Shown piece after piece: positions 8,786 through 17,555 of a stretch of DNA of 64,000 nt (positions within the stretch are counted from its first letter, which is position 1; each line of letters opens with the position of its first letter). The stretch comes from an uncultured Bdellovibrionales bacterium (GTDB taxonomy: Bacteria; Bdellovibrionota_C; UBA2361; SZUA-149). Location of the stretch: the NCBI GenBank assembly GCA_965366815.1, contig CBDUGV010000001.1, forward strand, positions 10,916-74,915. Direction: 5' to 3'. Below the pieces are notes generated by a model. That model saw nothing but the letters and a program-made list of their open reading frames with translations. It ran no database searches and had not been told where the DNA came from. A program made the translations under genes and the position numbers.

Positions 8786-10563
8786 GCTACTTTCTTGGTC
8801 CGATATAAACTACATTCATTAATAATATGCCTCATGATGGTATCTGGGTCATACCGATGGAGCGCCTGCTGCTCGGCTGGGCTGGCATGAGAGACGAACG
8901 CATCATTAACTCCGAATCTTCGAAGCGATCCTTGCAGGGGTATTTGCAAGTCGTTCACAAGCTCGAGTACCGCGCTTCCAAACCCCGCCATGAGTGAATG
9001 GTCTTCAATAGTGCAAACCAAAGGATAGTAAGGCAGTTCCTCTGCAAAGAGTGCAGTATCAAGCGGTTTTACGAATCGTGGATTCAGCACTGCCACATTG
9101 ATACCGAAGTTCTCTTGAAGCTGCTGGCGTATGGTCAAGGCGGTATGGACAAGCGGCCCAAGTGCAATGAGCAAAGCATCGTCGCCTTCAGCCACAAGTT
9201 CGCCCCTCCCAATAGGCAACTCTTTTAGCGAATCATCCATTGCAACTCCAACCCCTCGTCCTCGAGGATATCGTATCGCCGACGGGCCTTCTCTCATCAG
9301 CGCAGTAAAGAGCATATGCTGCAATTCGTTCTCGTCTTTTGGCGAGTAGAGGGCCAAATTCGGAATAGATCGGAGATACGCAATATCGAATACACCTTGA
9401 TGCGTTTCGCCGTCATTGCCAACCACACCACTTCGATCTAGGGCAAAGACGACCGGAAGATTCTGGATACAGACATCATGGAGCACTTGGTCAAATCCGC
9501 GCTGTAAGAAGCTTGAATAGATGGCGCAGAATGGTCGAGCACCTTCACAAGCCAAACCGGCAGCAAAGGTTACCGCGTGTTGCTCACTGATCCCGACATC
9601 GAAGAACGAATTCGGAAACTCTTTGGCAAATCGACTCAACCCCGTACCTCCGGGCATCGCAGCAGTCACCGCAATGACTCGAGGATCCTGGCGAGCGAGC
9701 TCACTCATCGTCTGCCCAAACACCTCTGAATATGTCGGAGGAACTAGGAGCTCGCGGACAGTCGCCTGGCAGGGAGGCTTGAGAGCGTGAAATGCCAGAG
9801 GATCAGCTTCGGCTCTCTCAACGCCCTTCCCCTTGACCGTTTTTACATGGAGCACGACTGGGCCTTGCAGCGTTTTCGCATGGTTTAATGCTTCAAGCAG
9901 AGAGGATACGCAGTGACCATCGCTGGGTCCCAGATAGCTAAAACCGAGCGTCTCGAAAAAACCCCTCAGCTCAGATTGCTGCGCGAGCGCTCCGACATTT
10001 TCGGCGATCGACATGCCATTGTCATTGAGCACGACAATAAAGCGTTCGAGTTGGGCGCCGCCAACTTGATTTAAGGCTTCAAAGGCCATACCAGCAGTAA
10101 GCGAACCATCTCCTATCACACTCACGACATAGTTCTCATTGCCGCGACGCCGAAACTCAGACGCAATGCCAGCTGCGGCGGAAATACTGGTCCCGGCGTG
10201 ACCCGCGCCAAAAGTATCGAAGTGGCTCTCGCTTCGCTTGAGGTACCCAGATAGACCACCCCGAGTGCGTATAGTGCCAAGCAGCTCTCTCCTGCCCGTG
10301 AGCATCTTGTGAATGTAGGCTTGGTGACCAACATCCCAAACGAGTCGGTCATCAGGAGTCTCGAAGCAATAATGGAGAGCGAGGGTAAGCTCTACTACTC
10401 CTAAGCTCGGCGCAAAATGACCACCGACGGCGGTAATCACTTCAACCAGCTCCTCTCGAAGCTCAGCGGCAAGTAGTTCCAAGCTTCCCGCATCCATCTG
10501 TCGAAGCTCTGCGATCGGATGTAAGTCTTTCATAAATCCCACTTCTGTTGCTACTACAGCCAA
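8782..10563 (-). CDS. dxs: 1-deoxy-D-xylulose-5-phosphate synthase
   Basis: N-terminal GGHFAPSLGVVELTLALHY, DVGHQAYIHKMLTGRR, TPP-binding GDG...NDN region. 593 aa. Confidence 0.95.
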   Translation of the reverse strand: MAVVATEVGFMKDLHPIAELRQMDAGSLELLAAELREELVEVITAVGGHFAPSLGVVELTLALHYCFETPDDRLVWDVGHQAYIHKMLTGRRELLGTIRTRGGLSGYLKRSESHFDTFGAGHAGTSISAAAGIASEFRRRGNENYVVSVIGDGSLTAGMAFEALNQVGGAQLERFIVVLNDNGMSIAENVGALAQQSELRGFFETLGFSYLGPSDGHCVSSLLEALNHAKTLQGPVVLHVKTVKGKGVERAEADPLAFHALKPPCQATVRELLVPPTYSEVFGQTMSELARQDPRVIAVTAAMPGGTGLSRFAKEFPNSFFDVGISEQHAVTFAAGLACEGARPFCAIYSSFLQRGFDQVLHDVCIQNLPVVFALDRSGVVGNDGETHQGVFDIAYLRSIPNLALYSPKDENELQHMLFTALMREGPSAIRYPRGRGVGVAMDDSLKELPIGRGELVAEGDDALLIALGPLVHTALTIRQQLQENFGINVAVLNPRFVKPLDTALFAEELPYYPLVCTIEDHSLMAGFGSAVLELVNDLQIPLQGSLRRFGVNDAFVSHASPAEQQALHRYDPDTIMRHIINECSLYRTKKVA

Positions 10564-10639
10564 GGTAGCACAAAGTACTTTGCTTCACAAAGTGAATTCG
10601 CGGTGAAGTGCCCTTAAGTAGTTGTAACCGCTGATTAAT

Positions 10640-11620
10640 TTAGCTCTGGGCTTGTTTGCGAAAGCGTGTGAGTTCTTCTGCCATCGACTGGATGTCATCC
10701 CGCTCGAGGTTGCTCGTATGAATTAGAGCTTCTAGTTCGTGAATTCGCTGATCGAGCACACGGGCCACAGCCGAACGAAGGTCTCGGCAATAGCCATTCG
10801 GACCAGCTGAGATAAGCTGCCAAAACACCTCTTGTTCTGTGAGATGATCCGGCACTGTTACACAGATCTCGGGGGGCAGAGAATCGGGATTCTGTTCATA
10901 GAAGCGCATCCAGGTCTCCAGGCCCCGCATTTTGTGTTCTGCTGTTTTCCAATTTGCCCAAAAATGAAACACCGTTGGCTCAGAGACAAAGCGAAAACTC
11001 CCAGCACCACCATATTGAATGATTCGTGCGTAGAGATCCCAATCGCCATTTCGAAGAAGTGCTTCATCCCAGTAACCAACACTTTCTTGGCACCGACGTC
11101 GGTACATAACTGCAGAAGCCGGAATGGCATTGAAATTTCGCTCGAGAAATCCTTTGCAAATGTGGGGATTCTCCAAATTAAACGCGAGGGGAATAACATA
11201 TCCTCTATCGGTAACCCAGAGAGGGCGAGTCTGCACCAGAAGCACATCGGAATGGCCAAACGCCTTCAGGCAAAGCGCTAAGTGATCGGGGAATAAGAGA
11301 TCATCATGTGCGATAAAGCCGACATACTCCCCCTGAGCTTCTCGAAGGGCCACATTTCGGTTGCCATAGCCAAATCCGGGACCTTTCGGCAAATCAAACC
11401 AGCGGATTCGCTCATCGCCGAACGCGGTAACAACGTCAGCGGAATTGTCTGTGCAGCCATCCCCTACTACGAGCAGTTCGAAATCCTCCTGCGTTTGTGC
11501 AAGCACAGAGCGAATAGCAAACTGCAAGACGTCAGCTCGGTTATGGGTGGGCAAAAGAAGTGAAAATCGTGGGGCGGAGCTCAAACTTGTCTTACCTTTA
11601 ATAGCCGAGCGAATAGTCAA
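10640..11620 (-). CDS. family 2 glycosyltransferase
   Basis: LLLPTHNRADVLQFAIRSVLAQT...FELLVVGDGCTDNS GT-A N-terminal motif and DxD. Confidence 0.8.
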   Translation of the reverse strand: MTIRSAIKGKTSLSSAPRFSLLLPTHNRADVLQFAIRSVLAQTQEDFELLVVGDGCTDNSADVVTAFGDERIRWFDLPKGPGFGYGNRNVALREAQGEYVGFIAHDDLLFPDHLALCLKAFGHSDVLLVQTRPLWVTDRGYVIPLAFNLENPHICKGFLERNFNAIPASAVMYRRRCQESVGYWDEALLRNGDWDLYARIIQYGGAGSFRFVSEPTVFHFWANWKTAEHKMRGLETWMRFYEQNPDSLPPEICVTVPDHLTEQEVFWQLISAGPNGYCRDLRSAVARVLDQRIHELEALIHTSNLERDDIQSMAEELTRFRKQAQS

Positions 11621-12137
11621 ACTTATAGGGAATTTGATCGGTATCTAACGGAAGTCGATATTTGTCCGGGTCAGCGTGGTCATAGGGAATTGTCGGAAAA
11701 TTAGTCAGTACCACTTCCTTCTCACTCACGCAGCGCACCGCATGCCAAATCCCGGCTGGTATATTCATTAGGCGGCGATTGAATTCAGTCAGTACTACTT
11801 TTGCGACAAGACCAAAGGTTGCTGACTCGGGTCGAGAGTCGTAGAACACGACCTCCATTTCCCCAAACATTACAAAATAGCGATCTTCGTGACGCTTGTG
11901 CATTGCCCAGCCTTTCACTTTGCCAGGGCGAATAGTGCAGCAATAGCAATAGACAAGTGGATCGGGATGCCAGGCCCACTCTGGATTAAACAACTCAAAC
12001 AAGGAACCTCGCGAGTCAACATGTGTTGGCGTCTCTCGAAAGGTAACCCCAGCAGGAAGCGGATCAACGCTGACTCCTTCAGGAGTTACTGTTTGTCGAT
12101 CTTGAACCTCGCCTTTGGGAATTGGTACTGTTGCCAT
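11598..12137 (-). CDS. cupin-fold sugar-nucleotide epimerase-like protein (dTDP-4-dehydrorhamnose 3,5-epimerase RmlC family?)
   Basis: Probable start MATVPIP at 12137; track start 12221 is further upstream. DSRGSLFELF and IPAGIWHAV resemble RmlC motifs. Confidence 0.45.
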   Translation of the reverse strand: MATVPIPKGEVQDRQTVTPEGVSVDPLPAGVTFRETPTHVDSRGSLFELFNPEWAWHPDPLVYCYCCTIRPGKVKGWAMHKRHEDRYFVMFGEMEVVFYDSRPESATFGLVAKVVLTEFNRRLMNIPAGIWHAVRCVSEKEVVLTNFPTIPYDHADPDKYRLPLDTDQIPYKFDYSLGY

Positions 12138-12322
12138 AGACCTAGTTGATTGTCCGCTACTGGAAAATGGGTTTACATCAGTGGTTGTGTCTACTTTGAA
12201 ACGAAGAACCAAACAAATCAAGTCGGCTCCAATCCAGGAATTTCAGAGAATGCAATTAGCAGTAGTTCGATGTTACAATCCGATCATATTGCTTCTCTGT
12301 CGCCTAGCCAAGTAGTAGCTAC

Positions 12323-14242
12323 TTATGATTTCCGGACAAGAATGCGACCGTCGCCTTTTCGCTTGGTGAGGCCGCGAGAGTCGAAGTGCTCGAGGACATG
12401 TACCGCAACATTGCGGCTTGTTGCCGTTGCGTCGCGAAACTCCTTGAGTTCGACGATTTCTTTGGTAGCAAACAGTTCCAAAAGCTTCTGCTCCAAATAA
12501 TCAACAACAGATCGGGAAACGAGGTTGCTACCGAATACGGCAATTTCTCCTTCGTCAGACAAGAGCTTGATGATACGCCGCCATTCTTTTTCGGCGATTT
12601 TTAGCTCTGCTTGGAGATTTCCCTTTGCAATACTTTGCATACCGGCTTTCTCTAGCGCCCCGAGAATGGCATCACGTAGGGCAATCTCTCTAGCGCTAAT
12701 CGCTGGTTCAAAGTCGCTAAGTGCCAAACAATTGTTCCTGAGCTTTAAATCACTATCACCCTTGAGGTGTTTCCACAGGCCGACAAATCCACTTTTCGGA
12801 ATACGAAGCAAATCGCAGACGTAGCTTTGCTGCATTCCTAAGGATAGAGGGTTTGCCTTATGATAGCCGCGCAATTGCCGTTTTAGTACATCGCGAAACT
12901 CATTTACCCTTGGCACGACCAACCAACTATCATCGCCGATTTCAGCAAGGATTTGTTCTTTGATCAAGGCCGCAATGCTCTGCTTGACCTCGGTTTCATC
13001 GAGCTCAGTGCTCAGTATAGCCTGCTTGAGTTCAACAATTGGCTGCTCATTCCCATAGCAAAGGGCTCGTACAAACTCACCAGCTTCAACCGCAGCAGCA
13101 GCCTCCGTGAGTCGTTGGCAAAAAGCTGGTCCTTGGGTAGTAACTCTCTGGTCGCGCAGGGAGAGTACTCGACCGCCTCCTATCGTCTCCGCCGGGGAAA
13201 GAGTTCTCAAGATGCAGCTGTCGCCAACGCAAAATATCTGTGGGTAGTGAAAAGAAAGCGCCACTAAACCGCTCTCACCAGGCTCTATCGCTTTCTCAGT
13301 CAGCGAATGGGCATCAGCAACTGCCGCAATCGTCCCCAAGTGAAATCGCAGCTTAATGCGCTTGCCCAAAACAGGAGAGGTACCGTGATTGCGAACGGTA
13401 GTCACTGCATGTTTTGTTGTTCGAAACGAACCTGGCGTCACCAGCGCCATTCCACGCTGAAGCTCTCTTGGCTCGATATCGCGCAAGTTTATTGCCGTAC
13501 TTATATGAGCCCGTACAGTCTTCGCCTCATGACGATAGTTCTGTAGAGCTCTTATTCCACAGAGCCTGTCTGGGGGTAACAGCTGGATTCGGTCTCCGCT
13601 TTGACACTCACCACTCTGAGGCACTCCGGTGACCACCGTCCCATAGCCCTTCATGGTAAACGCCTTGCGCACATACATTCGAAACGCTTTTGCTTCCTGT
13701 CGTCGCGGAATTTCAGCAACGAGCGAAGTAATTTTCGAACGAACCTCCTCGATGCCTTGACCAGTTTCATTTGAAACGTGGACGACAGGCACATCTTTGT
13801 ATCCAAGGTCCTCAAGAAACTCTCGCAGATCATCTTCAACGATTGCAATCGTTTCTTCATCCACGAGATCAATCTTAGTCAGTGCAACCATCAACCGAGA
13901 CATGCCCAACATACTGGCAATACGCATATGTTCAGCTGTTTGCGGCATTACAGAATCATCCGCCGCAACAACAAGCATCAAAACATCAATTGAAGATGCC
14001 CCGGCTACCATATTTCGGATAAAATCCCGATGACCCGGCACATCAATGATACCGACCATTCGCTCGTCAGTCAGTCGACAGGGAGCGACTCCAAAATCAA
14101 TCGTCAAACCGCGTTCTCGCTCTTCTTTAAGAGTATCGGTTTCCACTTGGGTGAGGTTTCGCACGAGCGAAGTCTTACCGTGGTCTACATGCCCGGCAGT
14201 ACCAACCATCACTTGAAGAATTTCAGATGCGGTATCGGTCAT
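12323..14242 (-). CDS. selB: selenocysteine-specific elongation factor
   Basis: GTPase G1 [19 protein letters not shown]. 639 aa with long C-terminal winged-helix extension. Directly downstream of selA. Confidence 0.9.
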   Translation of the reverse strand: MTDTASEILQVMVGTAGHVDHGKTSLVRNLTQVETDTLKEERERGLTIDFGVAPCRLTDERMVGIIDVPGHRDFIRNMVAGASSIDVLMLVVAADDSVMPQTAEHMRIASMLGMSRLMVALTKIDLVDEETIAIVEDDLREFLEDLGYKDVPVVHVSNETGQGIEEVRSKITSLVAEIPRRQEAKAFRMYVRKAFTMKGYGTVVTGVPQSGECQSGDRIQLLPPDRLCGIRALQNYRHEAKTVRAHISTAINLRDIEPRELQRGMALVTPGSFRTTKHAVTTVRNHGTSPVLGKRIKLRFHLGTIAAVADAHSLTEKAIEPGESGLVALSFHYPQIFCVGDSCILRTLSPAETIGGGRVLSLRDQRVTTQGPAFCQRLTEAAAAVEAGEFVRALCYGNEQPIVELKQAILSTELDETEVKQSIAALIKEQILAEIGDDSWLVVPRVNEFRDVLKRQLRGYHKANPLSLGMQQSYVCDLLRIPKSGFVGLWKHLKGDSDLKLRNNCLALSDFEPAISAREIALRDAILGALEKAGMQSIAKGNLQAELKIAEKEWRRIIKLLSDEGEIAVFGSNLVSRSVVDYLEQKLLELFATKEIVELKEFRDATATSRNVAVHVLEHFDSRGLTKRKGDGRILVRKS

Positions 14243-14251
14243 CTATTTGAT

Positions 14252-15655
14252 CTACTCAGCCTCAGAGAAGACGTCGAGCAATACTGCTGAAAGTCGATCG
14301 AGATCATCAGAGAAAAGAGTACGCATATCAAAGACGAGTTGACCTTCATGGATTCGACAAAACACCGGTGGAATCGAAAGACGAAGCATCCGAGCATAGA
14401 CATCAGCATCATCGCCTTGCTTATCCGACTGCGTCGTTCGAATTTCAACTACAATGGTCGGGATCGCCTCAGTCGGTAGAGAACCACCACCAACGTAGGA
14501 GGTATCTTCAGCAATAGTGCAAGAGATGTTTGTAATCGGCTTCAAGCGAGCGACAAGTGTCTGTGCTCGAGAGCGCAACTGTTCCTGGGAAACGGAAAGC
14601 ATCTGATAGAGCGGTAGGTTCTGCTCCTGAGTACCAGCAACAAACTCGGCGATAGTTGCCTCAGTTCCGGCAAGGGTGAGTTTGTCAGTTCGAAACATTC
14701 GCATAAAAGGCGATTTGCGCACGCGCTGCACCAGATCCGCGCGCCCACAAATTATTCCGGCTTGCGGTCCCCCAATCAGCTTGTCTCCACTCGAACAGGT
14801 AATCGCAGCTCCAGCGCTAATCGCGTCAGCAATAGTAATGACTTTCTTCAACCCGTACTGAGCCATCGGCACCAAGGCACCACAGCCCAAATCGGCAATA
14901 ACTGGCACCTTGTGTTTCTGTCCGAGATTGCAAAGTTCTTCCAAAGATGGATACCCGGCAAACCCTTGTACACAGTAGTTCGAAGGCTCAACGTAGATTA
15001 TCGCAGCGGTGTTTTCATTAATTGCCCGCTCGTAGTCATACAGATGCGTTTTATTGGTGGTCCCAACCTCACGCATCACTGCTCCACTCTGCTCCATCAC
15101 GTCGGGCATACGGTAGGAACCGCCGATCTCAACCATCTGACCTCGACTGAGAATAACTTCGCCTCCCGCCGAGATAATATGCAACAGCATAAAAGTGGCT
15201 GCGGCATTATTGTTGACGAGCGTCGCTGCCTCACAACCAGTCAGCTCAATGAGCATTTGTTGAATTTTTTCTTCCCGGAGCGAGCGGCTGTTATCAGCCA
15301 AATTTATCTGCACTACCCCAAATCCGGAGCCCGCCGCGACTGCCTCCAATACGGTGCCACCCAGTGGGGCGCGCCCCAATCCCGTATGGAGTAACACGCC
15401 AGTTGCATTAATCGCATGGCGCGCTTGGGGATTTGTCAAACGTTCGAGGCGCTCAATTACCTCATCGACTAATTCATCGATGTCCGGAACAGCGCTTCGC
15501 TCATTGGATTGAATTTCAGAGCGGATTTCTTCAACCCGCTGACGAACGAAGAACTTAACCAAGCCCTCCCCATAACGACCACAAAGGTCTCTGCCCACCG
15601 AAGATGTGAGCAACTTTGATACTGCAGGCAGTGAACGCAGCAAGTCTTGGCTCAT
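14252..15655 (-). CDS. selA: L-seryl-tRNA(Sec) selenium transferase (selenocysteine synthase)
   Basis: 467 aa. N-terminus LRSLPAVSKLL typical of SelA; PLP-enzyme core. Adjacent to selB and tRNA-Sec. Confidence 0.9.
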   Translation of the reverse strand: MSQDLLRSLPAVSKLLTSSVGRDLCGRYGEGLVKFFVRQRVEEIRSEIQSNERSAVPDIDELVDEVIERLERLTNPQARHAINATGVLLHTGLGRAPLGGTVLEAVAAGSGFGVVQINLADNSRSLREEKIQQMLIELTGCEAATLVNNNAAATFMLLHIISAGGEVILSRGQMVEIGGSYRMPDVMEQSGAVMREVGTTNKTHLYDYERAINENTAAIIYVEPSNYCVQGFAGYPSLEELCNLGQKHKVPVIADLGCGALVPMAQYGLKKVITIADAISAGAAITCSSGDKLIGGPQAGIICGRADLVQRVRKSPFMRMFRTDKLTLAGTEATIAEFVAGTQEQNLPLYQMLSVSQEQLRSRAQTLVARLKPITNISCTIAEDTSYVGGGSLPTEAIPTIVVEIRTTQSDKQGDDADVYARMLRLSIPPVFCRIHEGQLVFDMRTLFSDDLDRLSAVLLDVFSEAE

Positions 15656-15675
15656 GAGCTTACGCCTAACGAGAA

Positions 15676-15769
15676 TGGCGGAGACGTATGGGAATCGAAC
15701 CCACCCAGGACCCTAAAGCCCTACAACGGTTTTGAAGACCGAGAGCACCACCAGGCACCAAACGCCTCC
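15676..15769 (-). tRNA. selC: tRNA-Sec (anticodon UCA)
   Basis: Reverse complement reads GGAGGCGT...CTTCAAA (U33, UCA, A37)...long variable stem-loop...GGGTTCGATTCC T-loop...ACGTCTCC-G-CCA. 8-bp acceptor stem and about 94 nt length, typical of bacterial tRNA-Sec. Genomically encoded CCA. Confidence 0.8.
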
Positions 15770-16017
15770 CCGAAACATAAACGAGAATTATTTCAACTGC
15801 TTGCCCAACAGTCAAAGCTTCTTCCTAGGATGCAGCCAGCATCCACTAGGGTTTTGCTGATGTGAGAACTCTTAGCTACTTCTTTTAGTAATATTGCCTT
15901 GTTTTAAGCAGAAATATCTAGTGAAATCAAACGTCTAAGCAGGAGATGTCTTTTCTAATACCCATCACTTAGATTAGAGTTAATAACAAGGTAGGTACCC
16001 ATAAACAGTCGGGAATA

Positions 16018-16974
16018 ATGAAATACACTTGCCACGTAGTGATGATTGTCTTGCTTCTCTATCCGGCGCTGCTGAGCGCTCAGGTAGAGCTGCCTCCCGG
16101 CACTACGGTCGACAAGAATGCCAAGGGCGATTTTTTCGACAAGCAAAAGAGAGATGCCATTTTTGACGCTTCACCAGGGGAGCTCAAAAGTGATACACAG
16201 CCTCGACCGAGGGCGACTCCTGTCCCGGTTGAAGCAACTCCGACACCGACTCCAGAAGCCGAACCAGAAGAACAGTCTTCACCACGCAGCAACCTCAAGA
16301 ATCAAATTCTCGATCGCGCTCAAAGCGATCGCGGCATGATGGACCTGCTCAATCGCTCTCGACAGATCAAGGAACAGCTCGGTGTAAATGGCTCTGACAA
16401 TAAAACTGCGGCACCAAGTAGATCGGATTTGAGAAAAATCATTGAAGGGGTTAAGGAAACTGCCGACGAAGATCCCAAAAAAAAAAACAAACGAATCGCT
16501 TTTAATGGTCCTGACCTAGGTGGATCAGAATCGAAGGAAAGCTACACGCCGAAAAGTGTTCTCAGTCTAATCGTATCCGGGGCCGATACCGAACACCTCA
16601 GTCGCCACACCCGAAAATTGAGCTGGATGGCAAAACACCGCAACGTGAAAATCGGCAATGTGTTCATTGTCGGAATGAGCACTATTGGTGCGAGTCTTTC
16701 CGATGAGAAGGGGAAAAAGCAACGTTCCCGCCGGTCGTCGAAAAAAGTATTGCCCTCTAAGGTGTGGCTCGAGAAACACTATGCAGAACTATCTGAAGCC
16801 GGGTTAGGCAACTATGAGATGGTCCAAGCCGACCGTTTGTTTGATCGGCTTGATATCAACTTTTCGCCAACCTGGGTCGTGCGGCATCTTGGAAGAGATT
16901 ATCTTTTTGAAGGATACAATGATCCAGTACATTTCTTCACGAAGAAAGGAGAGTTCGTCCGTGCGGACTACTAG
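16018..16974 (+). CDS. secreted hypothetical protein, Pro/Thr/Glu-rich linker
   Basis: Signal peptide MKYTCHVVMIVLLLYPALLSAQ. Low-complexity PTPTPEAEPEE region. C-terminal globular part. Confidence 0.5.
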   Translation: MKYTCHVVMIVLLLYPALLSAQVELPPGTTVDKNAKGDFFDKQKRDAIFDASPGELKSDTQPRPRATPVPVEATPTPTPEAEPEEQSSPRSNLKNQILDRAQSDRGMMDLLNRSRQIKEQLGVNGSDNKTAAPSRSDLRKIIEGVKETADEDPKKKNKRIAFNGPDLGGSESKESYTPKSVLSLIVSGADTEHLSRHTRKLSWMAKHRNVKIGNVFIVGMSTIGASLSDEKGKKQRSRRSSKKVLPSKVWLEKHYAELSEAGLGNYEMVQADRLFDRLDINFSPTWVVRHLGRDYLFEGYNDPVHFFTKKGEFVRADY

Positions 16975-17542
16975 TCGTATATTCGCTTTGATAGCGACGC
17001 CATTGCTGCTTTCGTTCTTCACACCGCAGCAAGTTGCTGCCCAAGACTATCTACTGGATAAAAACGTAAAGATCCATCGACACGACAAGCGAACCACTCC
17101 CTACCGCTTTCCTCGTGGCGAAAAAGCTCCTGCACTGGATGGCTGGGGAATGATGTTCGAGCGCAGTGTCTGGAACCCGGAAACTCCGGAAGAAGCTCGC
17201 TTGATCAATTATGAGAAACTACCAACCTGCGAAAAGAGCGATGTCGCTCTACATGAAGTAGTTCAGTACACCAAAGGAACAGAGAAAACAGACGTTCTGT
17301 ATTACTCAAAGAGCGATCCGCTTCAACGCAAGCGAGCGGCGGAGTATCCTGCCCTCAAGATCGCCTACGAGCCGGCCCTGATGCGAGACAGCTCGACAAA
17401 CCAAGCTGAGTACTGGCAGATGTTTGCCCGTTTTATACAAATAGACTGCCTCCCCACCCGCTTTCGCTTTACCTACGTTGGCAGCCAACGCTACATGGAG
17501 TATCGCTACGGCGACGCCGTATGGGAGCCAACGTCGAAATAG
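16961..17542 (+). CDS. secreted hypothetical protein
   Basis: GTG at 16961 gives signal peptide MRTTSRIFALIATPLLLSFFTPQQVAAQ. Track start 16814 would overlap the previous gene. Start overlaps the upstream stop. Confidence 0.45.
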   Translation: MRTTSRIFALIATPLLLSFFTPQQVAAQDYLLDKNVKIHRHDKRTTPYRFPRGEKAPALDGWGMMFERSVWNPETPEEARLINYEKLPTCEKSDVALHEVVQYTKGTEKTDVLYYSKSDPLQRKRAAEYPALKIAYEPALMRDSSTNQAEYWQMFARFIQIDCLPTRFRFTYVGSQRYMEYRYGDAVWEPTSK

Positions 17543-17555
17543 AGCTAGCCCGTGA

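Noticed and set aside
15647-15865. 72-aa plus-strand ORF
   Set aside because: Overlaps the tRNA-Sec gene on the opposite strand and has no SD; it is an ORF-caller artefact.
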